Below the pieces are notes generated by a model. The model ran no database searches. It saw only the letters and a list, made by a program, of their open reading frames with translations, and was not told the origin of the DNA. From a virus: a stretch of 64,000 nt of DNA. Positions 45,844-53,520 of the stretch are shown one piece after another; position 1 is the stretch's first letter; each line of letters starts with the position of its first letter. The position numbers and the translations under genes were made by a program. Location: IMG/VR virus record IMGVR_UViG_3300012926_000004, positions 836 to 64,835 of that record, one strand, 5' to 3'.

Positions 45844-46542
45844 TTAGGGCTTCGGCATGTTAGGCAGAGCCGCGTAAGCGTCTTTGCTGAACGGCATGTT
45901 GGCGTTCGCAGCGAGACGGTCTTCGACTGAGAACGATACGCTAACGTTATGCTTGAGAGCGCCGCCGCGCACAGCTCCAACGTAAGCTGATGCCGAATTC
46001 ATGGTGTTCATCAGAGATTTTCGATCTGTGCTGTAGGTCAGCGAGGAGTCCCTGCTGATATTCATCTTCGCTGCAGTCTTGATCGCGTCCTGGTTAGCTC
46101 CAAGGAAGATAAACTGCCAGTTGTAGGCTTCGCGTTGAGTCTTGACCAGGGCTGCAATCATGTCAGCGGTGTATTCCTTGCTGGCGTTCTCTTGGCCGTC
46201 GGTAAGGGTCAGCACGATCACATTCTCGGGGCGATCAGCGTCGGATTGTGCAGCTAGTTCCTCGCCGAGCTTGACGATTGTGGTGCCTTGGGCGTCGAGT
46301 AAGGCGGTCGAGCCGCGCGGTACAAACGTTTCCTGAGTCAAGTCAGTCACGTCTTGTAACATCTTCGTCCAGACTTGGTCGATCACGTCGTCGAACTGAA
46401 TCAGCGATACTTTGACGTCGCCTGGCAGCTCTTTCTGCTTCCTGATGAACTCGTTGAAGCCTGCGACGGTGGCCTCGCGGCAGGTAGCCATAGAACCGGA
46501 CCGGTCAAGCACAATAGCGATGCGCGTGTAGTTAGTCTTCAT
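45844..46542 (-). CDS. von Willebrand factor A domain protein
   Basis: MIDAS DRSGS, GSTALLDA, LTDGQENAS, FIFLGANQD. Confidence 0.92.
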   Translation of the reverse strand: MKTNYTRIAIVLDRSGSMATCREATVAGFNEFIRKQKELPGDVKVSLIQFDDVIDQVWTKMLQDVTDLTQETFVPRGSTALLDAQGTTIVKLGEELAAQSDADRPENVIVLTLTDGQENASKEYTADMIAALVKTQREAYNWQFIFLGANQDAIKTAAKMNISRDSSLTYSTDRKSLMNTMNSASAYVGAVRGGALKHNVSVSFSVEDRLAANANMPFSKDAYAALPNMPKP

Positions 46543-46792
46543 CTGAACCTTCTCCCTTGTTGGTTGTGAGTGCGTTCGCCGCGGCTTCGAGATCCACTTG
46601 GAATCCGGTCACAGAAGACGCCTTGAAAGAGCGTGCGAGTTTTGGGCCTGGGGTGCGATGACCGTTGTAGACATCGCTGAGATAGCTTGGAGTTATGCCT
46701 AGATGTGCAGCATACTGAGCGTTCGTCAGCTTGCCTTGGCTATCTTTGACCATGGTTAGGAATTGTTCGAGTGAAAGATAGGTAGTAGGCAT
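46532..46792 (-). CDS. Cro/CI-type HTH regulator
   Basis: TNAQYAAHLGITPSYLSDVYNGHRTPG. Confidence 0.85.
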   Translation of the reverse strand: MPTTYLSLEQFLTMVKDSQGKLTNAQYAAHLGITPSYLSDVYNGHRTPGPKLARSFKASSVTGFQVDLEAAANALTTNKGEGSDED

Positions 46793-46798
46793 ATCTGT

Positions 46799-46826
46799 AA
46801 GATACGCTAATCCGCTAATCAGTCAA
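46799..46826 (-). promoter_or_regulatory. leaderless sigma70-type promoter with direct repeat
   Basis: TTGACT-N16-TATCTT, 6 nt to ATG; spacer is GATTAGCG x2. Confidence 0.6.
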
Positions 46827-46827
46827 C

Positions 46828-46929
46828 AAGAAAACCTGGAGAAGGTGAGAGATCGGCCTAGCCATACCGATTCACAGTTTTTTAGTCTGAGTATCCCCTC
46901 GCGGTTCGTACTCTCACCCTCAATCCAGG
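46828..46929 (-). terminator. branched hairpin with U-tail (terminator or structured RNA)
   Basis: CCTGGA/TCCAGG plus GGTGAGAG/CTCTCACC closing stems, inner ATCGG/CCGAT hairpin, then TTTTTCTT. Confidence 0.55.
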
Positions 46930-46945
46930 GTTAGTGTAGCAGAGG

Positions 46946-47638
46946 TTAGCGCAGCGTCGTCAAGGACATTGTGGTCGGCACGCCTTGGTGCTGGCTGAAC
47001 AGGCGGTCATCGCGACGGTCTTCGATTCCAGTAGCGCGTTTGGCGATCTCTAGGTACTGTCCACGGAGCACATTGCCTTCCTGCGCGTCCATGCCGAGTT
47101 CTTTGAGGCGGCAGTAAGCCGTAGCGTAGAGTTCCAGAGCTATGTTCAGTTCCTCGTGGAACGGCGCTTGTGTGGTCGGGTCGAAAGGCCATAGCGAGGT
47201 TACCGGATGCAGGACGCCCGAGGCCAACACCTGAATCGGAGTATTCGGAGCCGGATGCACAAAGAACTGAGTCAAGCCGATCGGTCCCCAGCGCGCGGGT
47301 ATGTCTGCCCGATCTGCGGTCCAGTCTGGCCCCCACGACGTCATCGTGTAGTCCATGGAATGCAGCGTGGTCTTGTGCAGCGTGTAGTTCGAGCCATGCA
47401 TGTTGGTCAGGCAGAGTACGTTCGGCGGAAGCGCCTGGAAGCAGGTGTTGGCTGAGAGGGTTATAAGCTGGTTGAAGTACTGGACCGGTCGGCCGAGCAG
47501 CAGCATTAAATCATTGATCGCTTCCGCCAAAGCTGGGTTTACTTCGTACTGCTGCAGCCAGAATATGCCAGTAGGATCCTGCAGCCGCTGCAGAACCTGA
47601 GGAGCCAGCTGCGCTATGGTTTGAGTGACAATAGCCAT
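46946..47638 (-). CDS. phage adaptor / tail tubular A-like protein
   Basis: LAPQVLQRLQD...LAEAINDL N-helices, FVHPAP motif, LELYATAYCRLKE C-helix. Confidence 0.6.
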   Translation of the reverse strand: MAIVTQTIAQLAPQVLQRLQDPTGIFWLQQYEVNPALAEAINDLMLLLGRPVQYFNQLITLSANTCFQALPPNVLCLTNMHGSNYTLHKTTLHSMDYTMTSWGPDWTADRADIPARWGPIGLTQFFVHPAPNTPIQVLASGVLHPVTSLWPFDPTTQAPFHEELNIALELYATAYCRLKELGMDAQEGNVLRGQYLEIAKRATGIEDRRDDRLFSQHQGVPTTMSLTTLR

Positions 47639-47656
47639 TGCAGCGGGCTCCTAAGG

Positions 47657-48232
47657 TTAGATGAGGATGATGGAGGGTAGGTAGGTATCAGGAGCGGTAC
47701 CCAGCAGCCAAAAGTGAGGCGTGTCGAATACGTTCCCAGATGCCGAGGAGCCGATGTCGAAAGTGCGGCCGGCTGAAGGGTCTACCTGGTCGATCAACGT
47801 AGTCGAGGTTACCGATACCGTTGGATCCTCACCGATGTACAACTCGCCAGTGTTCCCCGAACCAGCCTGGATCTTGATCCGAGCGCAAGGAATGCTAAGG
47901 ACGATGAACTCGCCGATTTCGTGGCGGCGCGTCAAGCCTTGCAGGGTGACTACGGAACCTGCGATAGCGATCACCTGCGCTGAGTCCGGCGGCAAAGTCC
48001 CTGCAGGCGGAAACACCAGGAACGAATCCGAGATGCCTAGCATCACGCGGTCGCCTTTGCGGAAGTAGCTGACGTCGGTAACCGTAACCTGGACCGTGCT
48101 GCGGTTGCTGGCAGAATCCATGCGCCCAGTGTACTGGTCAGGCGTGGGCACAGCAATCGTAGTCGTGGTGGTGCCAAAAACCGGCTGCGCTGTCCCTGTT
48201 ACTGTTTTGAACCCAAACCCACGTGCTGGCAT
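47657..48232 (-). CDS. beta-rich structural protein
   Basis: composition and position. Confidence 0.55.
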   Translation of the reverse strand: MPARGFGFKTVTGTAQPVFGTTTTTIAVPTPDQYTGRMDSASNRSTVQVTVTDVSYFRKGDRVMLGISDSFLVFPPAGTLPPDSAQVIAIAGSVVTLQGLTRRHEIGEFIVLSIPCARIKIQAGSGNTGELYIGEDPTVSVTSTTLIDQVDPSAGRTFDIGSSASGNVFDTPHFWLLGTAPDTYLPSIILI

Positions 48233-48588
48233 TAGCGGTCCTCCTTTTTGAACTCAGACCGGAATGTCATGCCATTGTGACCGCTGCCGACGTTGTTGAG
48301 GACTTGCTCGCGCACACGCTCAGTCATGTTGCCCTGATCGTGAGCCTGATAGGGGACGGGATTGCCGGATGTCGTGATCGACATAGTCGGTCCCCACATA
48401 GGGCGTAGTTTACTGGGGTTCACGAACTCGTCTACCGAATGAGCATTCGTCGGGTACGGCACGCTCTCGATCGGCGAATCAGCCAGTTCATCCTCGAAGT
48501 CATGGCCATAGCGATGCGCGTGCGGGTACCCGGCATCTACGGCCTCACCCAGATAGCGAATTTGCTTGCGATTCTTCATCTCAGCCAT
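48232..48588 (-). CDS. hypothetical protein
   Basis: AAGGAG RBS; coupled to the next gene. Confidence 0.6.
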   Translation of the reverse strand: MAEMKNRKQIRYLGEAVDAGYPHAHRYGHDFEDELADSPIESVPYPTNAHSVDEFVNPSKLRPMWGPTMSITTSGNPVPYQAHDQGNMTERVREQVLNNVGSGHNGMTFRSEFKKEDR

Positions 48589-48662
48589 GGCGCGGGAAAG
48601 CTCCTTGGGATGAGGTTAGGGCAGAGTGGAGGCCGGTGGCAAGGGTTTTCATGGTTTATTTG

Positions 48663-48971
48663 TTATTCGAGGGCGATGGAGGCGTTGGCCGTCATTATGC
48701 AGATTCTCAGGTAGCGTAATGCCGCGGTCTGGTCCGCCGAAGACTTAGTGTTCGCTGCAATCACAAGCGCCAGCTCCTTAGCCTTGTCACGAATCGCTTG
48801 GTAGCGTTGCGGCTGGTCATCTTTAGGCGCGTGATACGTGAACCAGTTCTCGATCTGAGACTCGATCGAGGGCGTGGCGGAGTACGTGAACGGTACCTGC
48901 AGCGGTGTATTGCTCATGGCTTCAGCAAGCACACCCAACTTAGCCAGTTCTTCCTTAGTGTTTTCGGTCAT
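48663..48971 (-). CDS. Acb2/Tad1-like helical-hairpin protein (DUF7681-like), candidate immune-signal sponge
   Basis: WFTYHAPKDDQPQRYQAIRDKAKELA...ADQTAALRYLRICIMTANASIA matches the family pattern as I recall it. Confidence 0.6.
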   Translation of the reverse strand: MTENTKEELAKLGVLAEAMSNTPLQVPFTYSATPSIESQIENWFTYHAPKDDQPQRYQAIRDKAKELALVIAANTKSSADQTAALRYLRICIMTANASIALE

Positions 48972-49369
48972 TTCAACCTGCCTTCCTTCATATCCTTGAT
49001 CTGTTGCTTGGCGATCTCCGGGTACAGCCATTTCACATTGTCCTGGATGTTCCCCGAGACAGGCTGCGGTGGCTTGTCCCAGTTCTTCTGGTCCATGTTG
49101 GCTGCATGATGCTTGAAGTTGTAGCGTTTTTCAGCTTCGTGTAGCTGGCGACGTGAGGTCACGCGAACCTTGTTGCCGAGTTCGTCGGAAACGTGATCGA
49201 GTACTAAATCGTCGTACATTGTCGCGCCGTGGCCAGAGGTCAGCGAGTGGCGCGGATTGCTGCAGACATGGCAGGTAACGATCTTGCGCGCACCGCGGAA
49301 CTTCATGGAGTAGTGCGTCGTTTCGTGGCTGCATTCGCTGCAGGTTTCTTTTGATCGTTCACGGGACAT
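48968..49369 (-). CDS. FmdB-like zinc-ribbon protein
   Basis: CSEC...CHVC; VRVTSRRQLHEAEKRYN motif. Confidence 0.65.
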   Translation of the reverse strand: MSRERSKETCSECSHETTHYSMKFRGARKIVTCHVCSNPRHSLTSGHGATMYDDLVLDHVSDELGNKVRVTSRRQLHEAEKRYNFKHHAANMDQKNWDKPPQPVSGNIQDNVKWLYPEIAKQQIKDMKEGRLK

Positions 49370-49378
49370 GCTATCTAC

Positions 49379-49600
49379 CTACCCCAATCCATAAGGTGCC
49401 ATCATTGGCGATGCTAAAGTCGAGTTGGCCTGTGGTGCCTGGTGCGGTTTGTAGCGGAGTACGCGGCCGAGTTTACGGCCGGTTGGATCGCAGAACCATA
49501 TCCCACGCGCGTCGTGTTGCACGTAGCCGACCTTGCGCGCGACTTGCTCACCATAGATCGGCTGGCGGGTGAAGTTCTGCGGTTTGAAGCCGATGGTCAT
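49379..49600 (-). CDS. hypothetical protein
   Basis: ATG 49600 overlaps upstream TAA. Confidence 0.5.
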   Translation of the reverse strand: MTIGFKPQNFTRQPIYGEQVARKVGYVQHDARGIWFCDPTGRKLGRVLRYKPHQAPQANSTLASPMMAPYGLG

Positions 49601-49950
49601 TAGTCGGCAGCTTCGGCAGGGGCTACTCGGCCTGGATCTGCACCGTTCCAACCGGCCATCATGTGCTTTTTGTAATGAATAACGCCGTCCGCGACGAACT
49701 TCAACACAGTCTCGAAGTTTGTAGCCGGCGTGGCGCCGAAGTATGGCCCCATCCAAGTCTGTTTTTCACCTTGGGTCAAGTCGGCCCAGGCTGGAAATGT
49801 CAAATCCGTGGCAAGATGGTGAGGATCCATCAGGCGCAGCATGCGAGCAGCTTCGTAGCCGATGCCCACTGCGTACTCTAGCTCGTACATCGTTGTGATA
49901 TCTTCCTCGGATACTTGCAAGGTGCCGTCTTTATTATCTACTACGCTCAT
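49600..49950 (-). CDS. hypothetical protein
   Basis: AGGGG RBS; coupled to neighbours. Confidence 0.6.
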   Translation of the reverse strand: MSVVDNKDGTLQVSEEDITTMYELEYAVGIGYEAARMLRLMDPHHLATDLTFPAWADLTQGEKQTWMGPYFGATPATNFETVLKFVADGVIHYKKHMMAGWNGADPGRVAPAEAAD

Positions 49951-50474
49951 ACTGTTTTCCCCTTTCGCGTGCGAGGTCGTGTATTGATCATAAGCGAATC
50001 CAAGGTGAGCGATGCCGCAGCCAGGCTCTTTTCGATCTTTGGCACGCAGGTAAACCCAGGCTCCTCACCGAGTTCGGTCAGCACGCGCCAGAGAATGATG
50101 GCGGGGTCACGTAGCTGGCCGTTCCAGAACCGGATGACTTTGTAGCCTGCTAGGTTGAGTTGCTTGGTGCGGCGCGCGTCGTTCTGGCGGGCCTTGGCCG
50201 TGCCGTGCACTGAGCCGTCGAGTTCCACAATCAGCTTCTCTTCAGGGAACAGAAAGTCGGCGAAGAATTCCCGGACGGAGGCTTGGAAGCGGTACCTGCC
50301 GACTGTTTTCGGGTGCCCGTCCAGCAGCTGCTTCATCTGCAGTTCCGAAGGCGTAGCTCTGGCCTGCAGATAAGTCTCCTTCTGCCGAACCGTCATCAGC
50401 TCCCAAAGTTCGCGTTCATGTTTGGCATTCACACGGCGACGGAGAATAGTAGCTGCGGTGTAGGCGTGTGACAT
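49947..50474 (-). CDS. DUF559 / Vsr-like endonuclease
   Basis: ATPSE...FQ...FADF...LIVELDGSVH...DARR...GYKVIRFWN. Confidence 0.88.
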   Translation of the reverse strand: MSHAYTAATILRRRVNAKHERELWELMTVRQKETYLQARATPSELQMKQLLDGHPKTVGRYRFQASVREFFADFLFPEEKLIVELDGSVHGTAKARQNDARRTKQLNLAGYKVIRFWNGQLRDPAIILWRVLTELGEEPGFTCVPKIEKSLAAASLTLDSLMINTRPRTRKGKTV

Positions 50475-50480
50475 GGTTGC

Positions 50481-50509
50481 ATGTTACATGGATTGGTGTT
50501 GTCGAGCAA
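50481..50509 (-). promoter_or_regulatory. leaderless sigma70-type promoter
   Basis: TTGCTC-N17-TAACAT, 6 nt to ATG 50474. Confidence 0.55.
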
Positions 50510-50531
50510 GGAAGATCGTAGGAGCTGTAGC

Positions 50532-51449
50532 TTACCGCCCGTAGCCGCCGAAGTCAGCTGCAGCCATGCCGTGATTGATGGCGTAGTTGGCATCAGGGTT
50601 TCCGTAGAGATCCGGTGCCATGGACATCTTTTCCCACTCATATATCAAATTCTGGCGGTACAGGTTCTCATCAGCCATCGCCATCATGATCAGCTCGGAC
50701 TCGGCCTCGCCACGTAGACGGTTCGACTCGGCCGAATCGTAGTACTTGTTGAGCTTCGGTCCGCGGTAGACGAGAGCCGCTGCGATCAGATACTTGGCGA
50801 TGATGTCAGACCTGATGTACGCCGGGAAGTTACTATTGTCGCCAGTGATGTTGGGCGGCTGAATGACGGCTATGAAAGGCAGCGCCTGGACGATCGAGGG
50901 CGTCGGCCAGAGCTCGACCATATACTCGCCGTTGACGCCCAGAGGCATCTGAGCAAGCGCGCGCGGCGAGAACGTATTGATCCGCCAGGGATCCAGCGCG
51001 TCCAGTGACTGCTGGTTGTAGCCCAGCTGTAGCCGCCACGCCATGATCAGGTTTTTGGCAGTGTGCACGTACTTGATATTCGGCCCGAGGTTGAAGTAGT
51101 ACTGGGCGATGAAGTAGCCGATGCCGGTTGGGTAGCTGACTCCGGCCCAGGGCAGCTCCAGCGTCAGCGTCTGCGTGAACTGGTTCATGGCAATAATAGT
51201 CATCGGAGGCGTGTTGTAGCCTACACGGAACTGACGGCCGATGACGATAGGTGACCAAGAGGTGCCGATGCCTTGTACTGTAGGTGAGCCAGCGGTGAGA
51301 ATAGCGGAGCCACCGATGATGTAGCCTTGGGTCGCTATCTGGCCGCGGACCATCAGCGGAAACCAAGCGCGCCGGTCATAGATCTTGCGTACGATGCCGT
51401 TCAGCTCGACATAGGCCGTGTTGGGGTCAAAGTCAGGGTTCCAGGACAT
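50532..51449 (-). CDS. phage adaptor/ring-like protein (true N-terminus may extend to 51554)
   Basis: LNGIVRKIYDRRAW helix, VELWPTP motif, YLIAAALVY helix; next to the capsid genes. Confidence 0.65.
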   Translation of the reverse strand: MSWNPDFDPNTAYVELNGIVRKIYDRRAWFPLMVRGQIATQGYIIGGSAILTAGSPTVQGIGTSWSPIVIGRQFRVGYNTPPMTIIAMNQFTQTLTLELPWAGVSYPTGIGYFIAQYYFNLGPNIKYVHTAKNLIMAWRLQLGYNQQSLDALDPWRINTFSPRALAQMPLGVNGEYMVELWPTPSIVQALPFIAVIQPPNITGDNSNFPAYIRSDIIAKYLIAAALVYRGPKLNKYYDSAESNRLRGEAESELIMMAMADENLYRQNLIYEWEKMSMAPDLYGNPDANYAINHGMAAADFGGYGR

Positions 51450-51554
51450 AGCCTGGCCAACGACCTGGCCTGCGTTCTGCTGGTTGACGTAGGGTTGTGC
51501 GCTGGAGGGAAGAACTTGGTTGGATATGATAACTGGTGGCGCGATCGGCGTAAG

Positions 51555-52190
51555 CTACCCAACCTTCCTTCGATACCGGGCCCTAGCCCTCGCGTCCCGG
51601 CATGTTATACACATACGGCCACGCTTAGCTCCAACTGTACTCGATCTCAGGGCTCTAAGGTAAGTGTTTTCCTGAGTAAATTCGTGACCATTTACGCAAT
51701 GAGTTCGGCGAGCGTTGATTGCCGCAGGGCATATAGGACTTCGAAGCATGTTTACACGGTGAGTCACCGCCTCCATATGATAAGGGTTGACGCAAGCTCG
51801 AACACGGCAGAGATGATCAAGCTCTAGACCTTCTGGAACCTTTCCTCGCATTAGTTCATAGAGGACTACGTGCCCGCCTAGATCCTGCCGGATAGCGCGA
51901 TCTCTGATTTTGACTTTGGCATAGCCCGCCTTGTGCAAGCCTTTTTGCCAGATCCAGCATCCGGTCTCAGGGTCTACTTTGATACTCGACATCATTCGAG
52001 TGAGCAGATCCTGCTTAGGATATTCTCGGTTCTCATGTTGGTTGATGGCGGTGCAGGCACGGCTGCAAAAGAGCCGATTCTTATAAGGCTTGACGAAGAA
52101 TCCCTTCCCGCAGATCTTGCAGGTGACTTCAATGTCTGGATAGAGTAGAGGACGGCCAGGCTTGCGCTTCTCAATATTGGATTGTGACAT
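51555..52190 (-). mobile_element. free-standing HNH homing endonuclease gene
   Basis: CKICGK...FCSRAC zinc motif; GCWIWQ...GGHVVLYE...LELDHLCRVRACVNPYHMEAVTHRVN; THCVNGHEF. Confidence 0.88.
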
Positions 52191-52210
52191 AGTAATCCAA
52201 TACTACACTG

Positions 52211-52326
52211 ATAAACTAAACCCAATCAGCCATCCGCATCTCGCGTGAACTTGATGGCACCACCGAAGGGAGTCGGGGGATGACTGATTGGGATTGCTGG
52301 TCAGGAGCCGAGGTGAACCTAACCAG
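52211..52326 (-). ncRNA. structured RNA element (two hairpins, U-tail)
   Basis: 9-bp CTGGTTAGG/CCTGACCAG and 15-bp CCCAATCAGTCATCC/GGATGGCTGATTGGG stems, each with a G-U pair valid only on the minus strand. Confidence 0.5.
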
Positions 52327-52350
52327 GTTTCGTGAAGACAGCCGGCTGAG

Positions 52351-52671
52351 TTAGTAGCCGTATGCCATGATGCGGACAGTGCCAGGAGCAAGATTAGTTC
52401 CAGCAGCGGCTTCGACATTGATGCCCGTCATAGCCTTGAGCCTAGGCGGTGTCGTAGATGAATCAAACTCCCATCTGTAGCCTTGTGCTGGTGCTGTAGA
52501 ACCAACTGACCAAGCGCCTCGGATACGTGCCAGGCCGAAGGCGATCGGCAGAATCGGATAGCCTCCAGTGACATAGTCCGAGGAAGCGAAATTAGCGATG
52601 TTTACTTGAACAATGCCAGACGGTCCAAGAACTTGTCTGGAATCTGCATCTTCAGTCCATGTGATAGCCAT
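52351..52671 (-). CDS. head-associated small structural protein
   Basis: DYVTGGYPI...FGL motif; after the decoration gene. Confidence 0.6.
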   Translation of the reverse strand: MAITWTEDADSRQVLGPSGIVQVNIANFASSDYVTGGYPILPIAFGLARIRGAWSVGSTAPAQGYRWEFDSSTTPPRLKAMTGINVEAAAGTNLAPGTVRIMAYGY

Positions 52672-52701
52672 TGCAGTAGTCCTTTCCGAGAGCTAAGCTA
52701 T

Positions 52702-52736
52702 AGCGGGGATTCGGGCTCTCAACCTTGGTCCCCGCT
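52702..52736 (-). other. intergenic hairpin
   Basis: AGCGGGGA/TCCCCGCT 8-bp stem after the decoration gene; no clear U-tail. Confidence 0.5.
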
Positions 52737-52743
52737 TTAGGAG

Positions 52744-53403
52744 TTAGCTACCCCAGAAGGTATCGCCGAAGTCACCGACAATGATGTCAGCAGTGAAGCC
52801 GCCTGTAACTGCTACGCCAACCGTCAGCTGACGTCCAAGAATCGGAGTAATGACAGCGGGGATAGCCGCTGCGGACTGAGCTGTGAATGGAGTGCCTGCA
52901 GGAAGCATCGTGATGATGTTGCCTACAAGTCCAGCTGCCGTGCCGATAAGAGCACCGGAGAGGAATCCGCCAACCTGAATCCAAACGCCGCTGCCATTCA
53001 AGCTGGGAGGAGCAAGTGGAGTATTGGTTGGGTTCGCAACAAGACCAGCAATGTCGGTCGTGTTGGGCAGAAGCCAGCCTGCAACGAAGACGTTGGCGAT
53101 GGTTGCGGTAGTAGGCAAGGCAACGGTTCCACCCATGGCTTCAGCGAACACTGGAGTCACAGTCGTGAACGTTGAATCCTTCCAATAGACAGGCGCGGGA
53201 GCTACAACCGGTGCTGTGGTAAGCAGCGTTGGGTTGTAATAGACATACTTGAGTACAGCTGGCGACCCCAGACCAGGCTGCGTGCTTGGCAGAGCCTGAT
53301 TGATCGGAGGCGCGTATAGCGTTCCGTAGGGGTTCTTGCCTGGCTGGGCATCCAGGATCGTGCGCGGGTTACCACTGGTCAAACGAACATAAGGAGTGTA
53401 CAT
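52744..53403 (-). CDS. capsid decoration/cement-like protein
   Basis: immediately after MCP; GVWIQVGG motif; Gly/Ala/Thr-rich. Confidence 0.65.
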   Translation of the reverse strand: MYTPYVRLTSGNPRTILDAQPGKNPYGTLYAPPINQALPSTQPGLGSPAVLKYVYYNPTLLTTAPVVAPAPVYWKDSTFTTVTPVFAEAMGGTVALPTTATIANVFVAGWLLPNTTDIAGLVANPTNTPLAPPSLNGSGVWIQVGGFLSGALIGTAAGLVGNIITMLPAGTPFTAQSAAAIPAVITPILGRQLTVGVAVTGGFTADIIVGDFGDTFWGS

Positions 53404-53408
53404 AGTGT

Positions 53409-53508
53409 TGCCTCCGTGTTGGGTGATGCTGCCAGACTTTCGGACGCTGGCGGACCGGTTGCGATACGGAGGCAGAAGCTAAGTCGGTATTGCTACTGAC
53501 CTAGCTCC
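53409..53508 (-). ncRNA. structured 5' leader hiding the decoration-gene RBS
   Basis: GCAA-tetraloop hairpin, then TGCCTCCGT/ACGGAGGCA stem containing GGAGG; inner GCCAG/CTGGC stem. Confidence 0.55.
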
Positions 53509-53520
53509 CACCCCTTACTC

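Noticed and set aside
51450-52350. Canonical group I intron around the HNH gene
   Set aside because: No P7/R/S consensus found by eye, and the HNH stop is followed directly by protein-like sequence; kept only as an unexplained junction
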